A stretch of 63,996 nucleotides of DNA, the filler included, from Polymyxa betae A26-41 (Eukaryota; Protista; Endomyxa: Phytomyxea): NCBI GenBank assembly GCA_003693705.1. It is 5 parts of 5 records of this genome, joined end to end, with 100 filler letters (N's around TTAATTAATTAA, not from the genome) between each part and the next. Parts side by side here need not be neighbours in the genome. Positions count along the whole stretch, not along the records: positions 24,382 to 37,224 come from RBZT01000762.1; positions 37,325 to 54,472 come from RBZT01000321.1; 3 more parts are not named here. One strand, written 5' to 3'. A program made the position numbers and the translations under genes. Shown piece after piece: positions 24,640 to 38,108 of the stretch (its first letter is position 1; each line of letters begins with the position of its first letter). The notes under the pieces were generated by a model, which was given only the letters and a program-made list of their open reading frames with translations, was not told the origin of the DNA and made no database searches.

Positions 24640-25585
24640 ATTTTAATAAATCTGATACAGACTGTAACCCATCCAAAACGCCTTCGGAGAAAACACAGCG
24701 CCCGGAATCTGCCGATACTGCTGCAGAAACTGCGACAGACTTTCCGTACCGTGAGGCCATAGGCAGCCTCATGTATATAGCTAATTCAACCCGTCCGGAC
24801 ATTACTCATGCAGTTCATCACGCTGCACGTTATGTCAATTCTCCCACGAACTGGGATGTTATTCAAGTCAAAAGAATTCTTCGTTACCTCCGCGGGTCGT
24901 CTTCCCGCAGCATTGTGTTCCGAAACGCCAAAACTCATAAGTTGAGCGGATACGCTGACTCTGATTTCGCGTCCTGTTTGACAGACCCGAGGTCTACCTC
25001 CGGATTCGTCTTCTTTACTAATGGCCCCATCTCGTGGTCATCTCGACGACAGACAATCACGGCGCTTTCGACGACCGAGGCGGAATGTAACGCACTTTGT
25101 GCGGCTGCAAAAAAAGCCACTTGGCTATCCGAACTTCTTGAAGACATGCTTATCAAGAAACCAGAAGACGCAGTCGATATTTTTGAAGACAATGCCGGCT
25201 GTCTCTCCCTCGTACAAGGACGACGTACACCTGCGCGCACGAAACATGTCGCAATACGTATCGGGTTCATCCGCGACATGATTGAAACTGGTAAGATCAA
25301 AGTTGTGCGCTGCCCTACGGAGTCAATGGCTGCAGACCCATTAACTAAACCTCTCGGAAGCGTGGACTTTTCAAGAAAGTCCAGAATGCTACTTAACGAA
25401 TCTCCGCGCTCTCGTGCAAGGGAGAGTGTTGATGTATCTTGATAGATGCATTTCCTGATGGTGGCGCATGACCACCTAGTCCGTGTGCCCTCGATCGCGA
25501 TCTCCTGTTCCCCTCTTTGTCCTGACCTTAAATATCAATAACTAAACCATTGTGCTATTGATCTCACCAAGCTCACTTCTCAACA
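24640..25585 (+). mobile_element. Copia RT C-terminus and RNase H (open frame to 25442), PPT and 3' LTR (25427-25585)
   Basis: FPYREAIGSLMY...TRPDI, GYADSDF, ALSTTEAE, EDNAGC, RTKHV, ADPLTKPL; GGGAGAG then TGTTG...CAACA. Confidence 0.92.
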
Positions 25586-26795
25586 TTCAGTAGCATAACA
25601 CTTTCCAGATCCAATCTATAGCCTTTTGAATCGGTTATACGATTGCATTCGTCCAGCATTTGAGCCAATCCATGAACTCTGTTCGCATCTTCTCAATATC
25701 AGAAGATCCAAGTCCCAGTTAGGGTTTTACTAGCAACTTTCGGTAAAGACCCATCTCGTGCAGATCCCGCTCGGAAAACGACTCCTTCACCTGGATAAAT
25801 CGGAGCAATTGCAAACAAGTTTCAACAAATTCAAAAGAAACTGGAAGCTTTATCTGCAGGTTGTTTGATAATCAAATCGGAGGAGGAATTTCCGGGCTAT
25901 GAGATCATTCAATAAACGAGCGACAACACGTATGATTTCGTTTCCAAAACTGCAAACATGAAAGAGCGAAACAAAACACGACCCAGGAAGGATCGAGAAA
26001 TCGCCAGCTGATCGATTCATTCCAATATCTCATCTTCGTCTTGAAATCGAGACACCCACCGAGCCTGCATCTGACTTCAGGATCGTTCCGGAATCGACGA
26101 CAAATAAATTCTCTCTTTTTAACTTATCAAAGCTCTGAGTGCAGCAATTGTAACGCAGTCAGCTCAGTTGCAATAATGCACCAAACGGAAACGCTGAATC
26201 ATAATATTGCTTTAGTAGTTAATGCATGAACAGATACGCAAACGAGTTCAAAGTCCGAGATTTAACCCTATAAATTGATGTGTTTTTCTGCATGCTGAAA
26301 CAGTGAGCGATATTCATTCTCATGGTCATGGATTAAAACTCTGTACACGTTTGCAGAGTCGTTTTATCGGTCTCTATAGATCGGCTTCTCAGTAGATTTG
26401 ATGCTTGCATCAGCTCATTCTACGACAATTTCAATGCTCTCATCGTTTCGCTGTCATTTCTTTCAACGCAGACGCTGACGATTGCTTCAGAAGCGCGCCA
26501 ACAACTGAATCGAAAAACCGCCAAAACCCTACAGGTGAAAATGAACTGATATAATGTTACGACCCTACAATTGTACTGTGTCGATGGAGATTGGATTGTA
26601 ACACTCCTCATAATTCTTTAGATTGATGATAAAATATACTCATAGTCATTCAATACAAAAATCTGAGAAATAAAGAATAAAAATAAAAAAAGATTTTTTG
26701 TAAATAGTTGTGAAGTTGTTTAAATAAAGTTGAAAAAAAACTAACTGTCCGTGATATCTGGTGATACAACAGCCAGCGCATTTATTTAGGTTTAA

Positions 26796-27758
26796 TCAAG
26801 CCTGGGCACGATTTCTTTCAATTCTCCGTGATATTTTCCCAACCAAGCGCGTTCTGCATCTACAATGGCGATTGTAGGTTTGGAACTGCTGCGTGATGGC
26901 GCCCAGAAACAGGCTCAGCTCCAGGTGTTTCTCGTGCCCGCAGATCGCCCAATGCCTCGAATCGTCCCAGACCTTGGGCAGGGTGCGGGCCAGCTCGACG
27001 CCGTCCCCATCCAGGATCTTGTTCGGGTTGATATTGACCGCAAACCAAGTCCGCAGCTGCGGCCGCTCCGCGCCCATTTGCAGTTCGAAACGCGCTCGGC
27101 GGCGTTTCCGAAACTGCACTGTCCCGATCTGCCGGTAATCGGAGCCGTACCGGCCCGTCACGGACGTGTTCAGGCCTTCGAGACTGAGACGGACTTCGAC
27201 CTGAGTGAGGTTCGATGGACCGCGGGACGTTCCAGTGTGAAAGTCATGGACGGGACTTTGAGCGCGTCGCGTGCGTAGGTGCGAAAGGCGCGTAACGAAA
27301 CGCCGCTGTTGTAGAAGTGCAGTTCGGACTGTTTGGTTTTGCTGTTCACGGTCATGCGCGTATCGTAACCCAACTGACGGCATTGATGATGGTAGTTGTG
27401 CTCCATGAGCGCTCTCTGCGTACCGAATGATCCCGCCGCCCAGATTCCCAGAAACAAAAGTCCGGCCAGAATACCACTCCGAGTGCGTCCGAGCGCGGAC
27501 GCCGCAATTCCAATGAAACCACTCCCGATAAACGTGGCGAGAAATCCGAACAGTTTGATCATGACGTAATCGTACTCGGAATGAAATCCGTTGTTCAACG
27601 CATTCGGCGGAAGGAAGATCAGCAGGAACGCGCTGACGATGGAGAGGCTCAGAGCAAGACGATCAGGGGATGAACGCTTTGAAACCGTAGCCGGCGTCGA
27701 CATCGGCGGGGAGCAGGACCAGGACCAGTACGACCGGGAGCAGAACCCAGAGCGCCAT
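26796..27758 (-). CDS. Orphan multi-pass membrane protein with signal peptide; frameshifted in the assembly
   Basis: MALWVLLPVVLVLVLLPADVDA signal, three hydrophobic segments, then a soluble C-terminal region; three frames are joined by adding single C bases in C-runs (~27660, ~27225). Confidence 0.6.
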
Positions 27759-29188
27759 GGAAGGTCGACTTGCAGAATGACAGCCGCAGCCGTCCCTAAA
27801 GGGCAGAGTCCGCAACGGCCATCGATCGCGATCAATTCGCGAGATTATTGCGCAGCAGGCAATATTAGCGCGACCTCTATATATTGCTGGATTCATTCGA
27901 GCTCTCTCTTCATATTCTGCGGCTGCAACCGAATCGTTACGATTATCGCATCTCTCTATCAACCCGAGCATCTGCCAGCTCTAACTAACAGGGAATGTCG
28001 GTCGGAGACGTTTCGGAGACAAGGCGGGTCGTGTACGACGACGCCCTGTATCAAGCTATGGAAGAATGAAATGACGGTGATGAGAGGCTATGTGCGGATC
28101 ATGGACGACGATGGATTCACGATCGTTCATAACCTCAGAATCTTTCAAGATAAAAAAACGACGAATTTGAAGGCGCAAAATTCCGCACACAATCCACATT
28201 GAATCCATAAAATCTATCCGGCTGCTCCGTTCTTCTTTTTAATCGCAGTCCTCAATTGATCTGCGGCTAGTTGGCATCATTGTTGGGCTCGAAAGCCAAA
28301 AGCAATCGTTTTATTTCATTCACAAAAGACAAATTGGAGATGCTTTTAGACGGAAGCGGAAAATCAACCAAAGGATCAAAAATTTCGCTCCAATTCTATC
28401 AACTAAATGATCATACATCCGCACGGAGCAGGATTCTGTTTTTTTTTCGAGCAGTTTTTGTATGCAGCTGCAAGTATGACTCCCCAGACAGTCCGTCACA
28501 TATCTATTGAGCATTTTAAAGGCTCACTGAAATCTTGTATCATTTGAGCTACAGATATCTGGCTGATCTGGCTGATAAACCGCTGGAGGACGTTCATACA
28601 CTATGATGATGATTTTAACAACCAGAGGTGAGAGGAGGATGGTGTGTGAATTGTTTCCTGTAATGTAACATAGCTTGTTGCAGATGAGGTGCTATAGAGT
28701 TCCCGATCTGATTCTTAAAATTTACAATCGCAAAGTTTGAAGGCTTCACAGATGCAACCTGCTTTGTGGCTCCGAAATTCTATTCGTTAAACTGTCGTCG
28801 AACCAGTATCGATGATTTTGGCTTTTCGATTCGATTTCAGACTGGCTGAATTCGAAATTCCTAGGTCGCTCCTCGTGCTGTCCCTCTCTATGTTCGTCAA
28901 ACAACAGAATCTGGTCTTGCTTTCAAACCGTACAAAGTAACAGTCCAGAGATCACAGTTTTTATCTAACCGAATACATCAATCGTTTCAAGATTCGAAAT
29001 CACACAGAATGAAACTCCGCAAAATTTCAATACTGTCGCTGTAACAAAACTCGCCCAAAATTTTACACTGACACTGTGAGTGTAATCGCGCTGAAAATCA
29101 TAGTTGTTTTGACGCCCATATTTACTAAGACGAGCTGAGTCTATTCCAGCTCAGCTAACCATGTTAACATACCAAATAACGATTGCTT

Positions 29189-29333
29189 GGATTGGACTGG
29201 ATTCGACTAGTTTGCTGATTTATGGTCAACAGGTGGCGCTCTTTCCGGCTGGAAAATTTAGAGGCAAATTGCCCAAATAGACTCCAGAACCCCTACTACT
29301 GATTTCGGGGCGTTACAGTAATTCACCCGTGTT
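29189..29333 (-). mobile_element. 145-bp 5'-truncated LINE or SINE copy with (AATCC)-type tail
   Basis: 14-bp TSD AATAACGATTGCTT (29175-29188 and 29334-29347); shares CTAGTTTGCTGATT, GTCAAC and TAATTCACCC with the LINE end at 60177-60304. Confidence 0.8.
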
Positions 29334-29638
29334 AATAACGATTGCTTACAAGAGGTTTTGTCCATAGCATCCTGTCCGGCTTCTCTTTAGTCATTGCAGA
29401 GAATCGCCATACTGGCCAATGAGAACGATCTATGATAGAAAGGACCGCAAGCGAGGGCGATATGGAATACGCTCAGTACGACTGTGATGTTCGAAATCGT
29501 ATTGGCAACATCCGGCGTTAGGGTTTGACCCGGAAAACTGCGCCACTACAGATTAGTCCGAAATTCCCTTCCAGGTCATCGTCAGATCCCGCTCCATTTC
29601 GGATCTCTGAACGATATTCGAATCGGTCTCACACAACC

Positions 29639-30391
29639 ATGATGCTCGTGCCCGTACTGGCCCTGTCCGTAACGGTCGCCTTCACATCCGCAGTGTCTGG
29701 TCTGGAACCCTCCAATACAGAGCCCTTCTCTGTAGAAATGCTGCTGCCGACTGCAGATAATGAACTCGAGGCGATCCTGCAGGATATCCTTCATAAATCT
29801 GCATTTGATCTGACATCGAATGAATTGGAGATATTGGGTATAGATAGGACCATCTATAATATCAATGATATTGATATGGGCATATACAACTCACAAACTG
29901 AAATCGAACATGTTGAAGAGGTTCGGATGATAAATGGAACGGCTTACACAGAGGACGACGTCAGCGACCTCGTTCTAGGCATTGATGATAACATCACTTC
30001 TGATAGTGAATCTTCCCGTCTTTCTGAAGGTATGAAATTGATACAATCCTGCTTATGATTATGTTAAATTGGGTTCAGAAAGGAATAATTTCAATAAGGA
30101 AGTTTCAGATTACATACAAATTATTGAAGCACATTGTGAAAAAATCTTTGACAAACGCACACTTGATCGGCGGATTCCGGATTTGGAAGTGTCCAGATTT
30201 CTCCTTGTTTTAAAAACATTGATGATCACAAGATCAGTCTGATTGGTGAACTTCATGAACATTTCAAGCAATATAAATACGATAATAAGAACAGGGCGCT
30301 ATACGATGTGAACTTATCGTTATCTGCCATCATGCGATGTTATAACAATTACTGTAACAAGAACTTGGCCGAGTTCGCTGAGCTTCTCTAG
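29639..30391 (+). CDS. Secreted acidic orphan protein, two exons (intron 30030-30078), paralog A
   Basis: Signal peptide MMLVPVLALSVTVAFTSAVSG; GT-AG intron; one A missing in an A-run near 30212, with the correct frame shown by the paralog. Confidence 0.6.
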
Positions 30392-30570
30392 ACCGTGCCT
30401 CTAACGAGTTTCTCAAGGAATCGCTGTAATGAACTCACCATGTGTAACAAAAGGGTTGTAAACATGCAAGAATGGCAAGCAAAGAACAGAGGTAGAAGGA
30501 CAGGGAACACCTCATCTGTACCAGAATAAACTTCTTTTACTAGGGTTTAGGGTTGCATCAACTCTGCTGG

Positions 30571-32280
30571 GTGGATTGGATTGTACTAGTTATAGTGACT
30601 TTCGGCGGCGGCACTTGAACCTTAATTCTGGGCACAGACCGAAGTCCGTAGCTCTCCTACTTGTCATATTTCGGAGGCCTACATCTCTGAGGGAATTTGG
30701 CGAGTTTCAGCCCAGCAGAAGGCTTAGAGACCTATCTAACTGAAAGTTGAATTATGTACTCAAACAATGTATCGATCTCTTTCTGTTCACCCAGTTTCTA
30801 TAACATTCTGTATGCAGAAATGGACATCCGTGTTTGTAAGCTTTCTGCAGTAGTTTTTCTTGAGTTTCGGCTGGTTCCTGTGTTAAAGTCTGTTATAGTA
30901 AGGTTGCTGAAAGTAAAACTTTGGCGTGACAAATCTGTCTCGAAATGGGAAACATTTCATGAGGAGGTGGCTGAGAGTTTCTTCTTTCCGATTACAAATC
31001 TGCTTTTGCTTTCTGTCTCAATGCCCATCTAAGGTTCGGGTATGACCGGTTCTGGCCCTATTGAGGAGGGGGTTGTCATGGTCCACTCGAATTTGGACTG
31101 TCTTGTTTCCGATCTTCACGAGGTATCCATCATGTATAAATGGCTCTCCATCTGTGAATTTTCTACTGTGGCTTGTTGTGATGGTTTCAGCAATGAGAGT
31201 TTAAGTTCTCTTTTGTTTCTTATTGAAATAAAGTCGGTACGAGCTAACAAAAGGGTCGTGGTTTAATGCGCAGCCACTCGATGCTGCGGATTTCCCCCAC
31301 CCGTCGATTCGTTTACTTTCTGGAATGGAGTGTTTAGAGTGGCTAACACGAAGTGGACTTCAACCGCGTTGTTCGGGGCCAGTATGGTCATTTTTCAGCA
31401 CAATTAGCCACTGTATCGTTAACATATCTTGGTTTATAGGGTGGGCAGGAGAGCTGCTGTATACAAGACACAGTGTCTGTGTATAGCTGAATGCTGTGAT
31501 GTTTTGGATTTAATCCATCCTATAATGAAGGCCAAGCTGAATGGGGCATGTTTCAGCACCAGTTATAGCTGGAAGTGATCGTGATCATCTGTGGGCTCTC
31601 AGAGAGGGTATTGTATGATATGGTCGTGTTAGGGTTTAAGGGTCGAGTCTATGCGTTACAGGCTGTGAGACGGACCCGATCAAATCTTCATTATAGAGGG
31701 CTGGAATTTACCAGTTGATGAAAGCGGCTGTGCCTGCCAGGACTTCATCGTTTTCGTTTTAAAAACTGCCATCTGTCCATTCCTGGCGCATTGACAGATA
31801 TTTGACAGATATTTTCCATTTTTATGCTTCGCCATTGCTATTATGCGATGGTCAAGATGAAAGACGCAGTTACCCAAACCTTCTACTATATCGTGATAAA
31901 ACCATGATTTCGGGGTGTACGCCTTCAAATTATCTGGAATCCATTCGTCATGTGCTTGCCGTGCTAATCCGAAAGGAGGCCAGATACCACCTTCACCTCT
32001 AGTATAGAGGACCCAGGCGGCAAACTGTGTGGCGATTTGGTTTCTATGAGCAATTCCGTCCACAACAGTGACAGCGGTATCTATTTTTAGTTTGTCTTCC
32101 AGTAGCGTGATTTTTTTTCTTTTGTCTGAGCATGATACCACTCTGAGCAAGAATGATCGTCCGGTTTCCTAAGACCATCTAGAATAAGGAGTGCTTTGGC
32201 CAGTACGCCCAAATAATACAATCACTGCGCAGCTTTTTGCATGAACTTTTATTATATTCTAATTTTATCCGTACTGGCCC
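30571..32280 (-). mobile_element. Highly degenerate LINE (RT end, RNase H, 3' UTR, GGATT tail)
   Basis: YYLGVL near 32210, IQLYTDTVSCIQQL RNase H motif near 31470, and tail GGATTGGATTG-TACTAGTT at ~30574. Confidence 0.6.
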
Positions 32281-32846
32281 GCTTATTGGCTGCGCCATGC
32301 CCCTTTGAAGCTGAGGAGACCTCATGGTTCCGATAAAATTACCCGCTGGCTCGAAATGGGCGACCGCCCTCGGCCACCGGCACTGCCCGACCCGCCAACA
32401 CAGCGAGACGGACGAAACCTGACAAACAGGGAGCGCAATGGTATCATGCGAAGTCTGCTAATTCGGATCCAAATAGTCTGGGGAATCAGACAATTACTGT
32501 TGCTCAAAAAAATGGTGCGACATTGGACAATCATTCTTGCTCAGAGTGGTATATAATTCGGGTGGTTTTCATACAGCTTGTGAATGTGCATAATCAGTGT
32601 ATGCAATTGTGAGCGGTTTTAGAATCTTTGGGCTTTTCATCTCGGTTCCCAGCCAGTTAGATAATAGCTCAGTTTACTTTAGATCAAGGATGACAGAGCT
32701 GACGAAACTGTTTCTGTATGATACCGAAATTCGCAATCGGTTTGAGCCTGACATCGACGAACGATTTCCTGAGCGGGCGTATACATGCGGGCTTGGATTG
32801 TGGAATGGGATGTGGCAGGGTTTGCTATTAGTTCAGCTGCTAAGTA

Positions 32847-33659
32847 CCGTCCTCTCTCTCTAAACTCTTAACGACCGCTCCATAGAAACCCGATATTGTT
32901 ACAATCCACCCTCTCTATAACGACACTCCTTATAACGACATCTCCATATAAGCCCGATAATGTTACATTGTACGGATATTGTTCTATGGATTCTCTAAAA
33001 CGACATCAATGGCAAGGCGGCGCTGCCCATGTCTGTCAGATGAGATTATTATGGGGCTCTTCGATTCACCTATCGATCCTTAACAATACAAACTTCATTT
33101 TCAACTAGTGTCTCGTCTCCTTAGACTAGGGAGCTGGGAGGGTTTGCATTGCGACTGGCGCTTAGGCACCTATTATCTCGTGGTCACTACTCCTTTGAGA
33201 AAGATAGAGTCGTTCGGGGTAACCGAGAATCAGCTGATTTGCCGAATATATATAATGATGTCAATACAGAGAAAAAAACTAGAATCCCAGAGCTGCTTTC
33301 TGAAAGATTGATTTATCAGGTCTGCCGCTCGACTATTTCTGGCATTGTAACTTGTAAGTGACCTTAGGAAGTACGAGAATCAAATGAATAAACTGACGTT
33401 AGCGACGACAAAAATCGAAGCGCCACGAAAATTTGTTAAGCACTTTTCGGGATAACCCCAAAGAACTGCGATAATAACTTCTTGAAGTTTGAAAAGCTTG
33501 AATTTTGTATCTATTCGAGAAATGAACCTAAAAATAACGATTATTGGAGTTAATACATACAAATTGTCCATAGCGCGTTAGAAACCCCCATAAACTTTTT
33601 AACGACATTGTTGTAATAAAGAGCATCCCCGCCTGTGTCGGAATAGAGAGGGGGGACGG
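32847..33659. mobile_element. Non-autonomous pogo/Tc1-mariner-like element
   Basis: TA-flanked imperfect TIRs CCGTCCTCTCTCTCTA / TAGAGAGGGGGGACGG; repeated TATAACGAC subterminal motifs. Confidence 0.75.
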
Positions 33660-33903
33660 TATTTGACTGTGGCGGATTAGTCAATCAGACACTTGAGGAG
33701 GTCGCCTCCCAGTCAGCCACTGCCAGATTCGCCACTGCAGCGCACACATCTGGCTGTTAGATTGCTGGCAATTTGACCCGGATATCTGCGTAACGGAGCT
33801 CAGGAACATTCCTGCAGATTAGTCCGATCTCAGATTCTTCCTTCCATGTCATCACGCTCCATTCCGTATCTCTGAACGATATTCTTATCGGTCTCACTCA
33901 ATC

Positions 33904-34526
33904 ATGAACCTCGTACCCGTACTGGCCCTGTCCGTAACGGTCGCCTTAACATCAGCAACGTCTGATCTGGAATCGTCCAATACAGAGTCCATCTCTGTAG
34001 AAAAAGGCTGCTGCCGACTGCAGATAACGAACTCGAGGCGATCCTGCAGGAAATCCGTCATAAATCTGCATTTGATCTGACATCGAATGAATTGGAGATA
34101 TTGGGTATAGATAGGACCATCTATAATATCAATGATATTGATATGGGCATATACAACTCACAAACTGAAATCGAACATGTTGAAGAGGTTCGGATGATAG
34201 ATAGATGGAACAGCTTCTTCTTACAAAGAGAGCATCGCCAGCGATCCCGTGATAGATATTCAAGATAACGTCGAATATGATGCTGAGTCTTCCCGTCTTT
34301 CTGAAGGTATCTAAACTAAACAAATCCGGCTTACGATATTGTTAAAGCGCGTTCAGAATCGAATGCTTTCAATCTAGAAGTTTCTAATTACATAGAATGT
34401 ATTGAAGCTCATTTTGAAAAATAAGATTGACGAATTCATACTGGTTTCGCGGATTCCGGATTTCGAAGTGACCCAACGTAACCTCGTTCTCGGAAACATT
34501 GATGAGCACAAGATCAGGCTGATTGG
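33904..34526 (+). pseudogene. Paralog B of the secreted protein at 29639, frameshifted and truncated by a LINE
   Basis: Long near-identical nucleotide blocks shared with 29560-30245; ends where the LINE GATTG tail begins. Confidence 0.8.
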
Positions 34527-35730
34527 ATTGGATTGGATTTACTGGTAGATATTGAGGCGATGCCTCAGTACTACCTGCCTTGTGCGAGGGTCACCGCGCC
34601 GCCCGTTGACAAAATCAACAAGCTGGGCAACACCCAGTAGGGGAGTATCAGATGATTTAGGGTACATGGGTTCGAGTCCCTGTTGGATTGGGCGGGTGCC
34701 TACCTTATCTTGTCGAATCTCTCTTAGGTCCTCCTAATAGGGCCGAACGAGATCTAGACTAACATAAATGGGTGAATTAGTTATCCGCTCTGAAACTGGA
34801 GGTAAGATTCGTTATATGTAGCATCCGTTATCGTATGCGCAGGATAGAAACTCTCCGATAAATTCGCTGTGAGTATAAAGTGCTGAATTAAAACTTCTGA
34901 TGTCTAATTCCTTGTATTTTTCTCGAAATTGCTTGAGTTGTTTCTTGTTGTGTTTACATTTTAGTAGTTGATGCTCTACAGTTTCTCTATATCGACTTGC
35001 ATTCTATGAGGGGAGTCCGGTCAGGGTAATCGGTAAATTGACTTCGTTTGATATTCCTTTCAAGATATTTGTGCAATCAAAATTTTTCGCGTTTTTTTAG
35101 CATCAATCTGTATGCTGAGACCAATGGGTCGTGATCAATTTCTTCATCACCGAGTTCTGCGACGTATTTGGCAATTCATCTATTTCCTCGCTTTGTGCGA
35201 TTTTTTCTTCTGTGTGGCTCGGTATAAAATGTACTTCTATTTCATTTTCTTGTGCTAATTCTGCTAGTTTTTCGGCGACGTCTTTAACAACGGCATTTGT
35301 AAATTTACATTTATATGGAAGGGTGGCTAGTTGTTGTATACATGAGAGTGAATCTGTGAATAGATGGATCTTCCACCTAAAAGTTCTAATGGAAGAACTA
35401 TATCTAGTCCAGCTTGTATGGCTATAATTTCAGTTTCGTAGCTCGATACAGCGTTTTTGAGATTTAGTGCAGTTTTGATAGGGTGTTCGGATATCTGGTC
35501 GTACTCTTCATAGTTGGAGATATGGACTATTGCAGCTGCTCCTGTGAGAATGATGCGTTCTGCTCTAGACGATTCTCTGATTAGACTTCCATCTGTCCAG
35601 ATAGCAATATCGGGATTTTCTGGAATGAGGTCTCCGTTTTGATGTAATTCCATGGCTGTCTCTCGTGTATAGATGTGGAATTTACATTTACTGAGTCCCT
35701 CAAGGGTCTCAGAATCTATAATTTCCTGTA
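34521..35730 (-). mobile_element. 5'-truncated RNase H-containing LINE with rearranged 3' UTR
   Basis: IAIWTDGS...SSYETEIIAI...FTDSLSCIQQL...HFIPSHT RNase H; (GATTG)n tail; homologous to 60142-60585. Confidence 0.85.
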
Positions 35731-35840
35731 CCTCATGGCTGCACTCTTTCTATGACGCGGCCTCAGGGCTGCACTTTTACTATGACGCGGCTTCATGGCT
35801 GCACTCATACTATGACGCGGCCTCAGGGCTGCACTCTTAC
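35731..35840. repeat. 30-bp minisatellite, about 3.7 copies
   Basis: C(C/T)TCA(T/G)GGCTGCACT....CTATGACGCGG units. Confidence 0.9.
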
Positions 35841-35929
35841 AACAAGGACTCGGTGAAAACACCCATATTGTCCACCATGATCATGACTTTGGCAATTGTT
35901 AATTACATGGTGCCTTCCAAAATCCTTAA

Positions 35930-37071
35930 CAAACGGAGATAAACATGTTTTGAATTTGGTGTATCCGGACGTCCAGAATCTGGGTAAAAATCAGTAATTT
36001 CCCAAACACAAAGCGATACCTAATGACAATGCTCGAGCACATCACTGTCTGATAACAACAGATGAGACGATACGGGTTCTGATGGAGGCGATTGTTGCAT
36101 ATAGACATCATGCCTGGGCGGATTCCCAGACGGTCATACAGATATGGGATGTTTTCGTTTGTCGACATCATCGCTGAGCTAGTCATATGGGAAGTGACGA
36201 AACGATAGTCCAGTCTCAGACCCATTGCGGCTCTCAGTCTCATAGGTCAGAAAGCACCCTCAAGAATCAAAGATCAGATTGGCTGTAAGGGCCATCTAGC
36301 AGAGATGATATCCTTTGACCTACGTAAACAATATAACGTTAATCTAGATACTGATAGCCAACGCGTCCGGATGAATTTTGTATTTTGTAAGTGATACTAT
36401 CTTGGACAGATGGAAAGATGAGCACAGAGATGCCGATAGCACGCTGCAATGGTTTTGTATAGAAGTTGCGGGTTAAATCCATCTGCATCGACTATCACAA
36501 CGTGATAACTTAGTTCATCAAATATTATATCAAGAGTGTCAAGATTCCATCTAGAACTCAGATCGTCTAGAGTAGATTGGAAGAACTCCACCATTTCGGT
36601 ACCTTTGATATGGAGCTCATCAGGGATTGTGTCAGGATTAATTAATACACGTGCTACATAGCAAATCAAACACCAGAATGCCCAAGATTACAGGGATCTG
36701 TCAATTTCAGAATGTCACCAAAATGTTCACTCTCAAGCTTGTAGAGCTGAGACTTCATGCTCAATTCGTCGAATTCTTTGGCAATGAATTCTTTGACAGA
36801 ATTTGGCCATATCCAGAATATTGTCAAGATTGAAAGAAGCGGAGCAAAGCAGATGATCGCACAAGTTCATAACAGATGGAGATATCATATAATCGGCGAT
36901 TTGGGCGAGAGCGATTAAGTCAGTGCAGTCGTCGTTCTTAGGCTTATAAAGACCATACACTAACTTCAGATACTTCTCAAACCAGACAGCAGTACATGGA
37001 GGCTCGTCACAGCAGAATCCGTCCGGAAGCCGAACCTCGGGCAGATCGATCGTGACAACCGGCCTCGACAT
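35930..37071 (-). CDS. Multi-exon hypothetical protein with a weakly BTB/POZ-BACK-like N-terminus
   Basis: Collinear minus-strand ORFs; LIALAQIADYMISPSVMNLCDHLL...LDNILDM resembles the BTB C-terminal helices; exon structure unresolved. Confidence 0.35.
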
Positions 37072-38108
37072 CGTGGCAGCTTCATCTTCATGTGTTAATG
37101 TAGAAATAAAATGCTTGGTAATTAGAAGTGGGTTAGCTAACTGACTTGTTTTATTGTGTTATTACAGTGCGGGCAGTCTTAAACCGACAACTTGTCTCAA
37201 CTTTATTTTGGAAAAAGAGGCCGCNNNNNNNNNNNNNNNNNNNNNNNNNNNNNNNNNNNNNNNNNNNNTTAATTAATTAANNNNNNNNNNNNNNNNNNNN
37301 NNNNNNNNNNNNNNNNNNNNNNNNAATAAATATTTTCGCAAATTGATGACGTTTTGACTTTTTGAGGCTTTTTGTAAATGCATAATGAGTAATACTCCTG
37401 CATAGTGAATGTAAGTGGCATCCACCGACCGTATTTATTATGAGAGAATGTTTACCGTATTGCGTTTGTTAGAACTATTGTATTGTGCTCGGTATTCGGA
37501 TAGGGTCTCTGTTCAGTTTTTTGGCATTTTTGGGCCACGTGCAGGGCGTTATCCTCCTACTGGAAAACACTGTAAATGAAACTTAGCAGAGCCAGAAAAA
37601 GACAGTTCGCAGATACGATTTCTGTATGATCCATTGAGCCAGAATATATGCTGTTGTAGCATATAGGACGCTTACCCGTCAAAGGACAGACAATTGTTGA
37701 CGCAAAACCAGATCGAGCGCAACCTGATCCTCCTTCACCGTAACGTTAACACGATTCCAGGCAGAGTCTGTTCGATACCAAACTAGGGTTTGGAATTAGA
37801 CACGCGTTTCCACGGTTGTCATTGTCTGCTTCCAACAAGTGTGGGGCGATCTGGAAACCCTAAACCCTAAGGACATTCACCCCAACGATCATGAGAGTAT
37901 CAGCAGCATTTTCCCAAAAGGGAAAGAACCACAAAAGCATCATCTCAATACAGGGGTGAAGAGAACGAAAATCGGCGATTGATCGATCTGATGGATCGAT
38001 CCGAATCGCGCGATAGAACGATCCGAATCGATCATTCGCGGACCCCGTCCGGCCTTCCGATCGGGACCCGGAAGCCCCCAATCTCATATCCATTTCGGCC
38101 TAATCATT

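Noticed and set aside
32340-32480. Mariner-like N-terminus RNLTNRERNGIMRSLL
   Set aside because: Too short, with no TIR or catalytic motif to support a call.
34660-34690. tRNA gene suggested by GGTTCGAGTCCC
   Set aside because: No cloverleaf or acceptor stem; it is part of a LINE 3' UTR.
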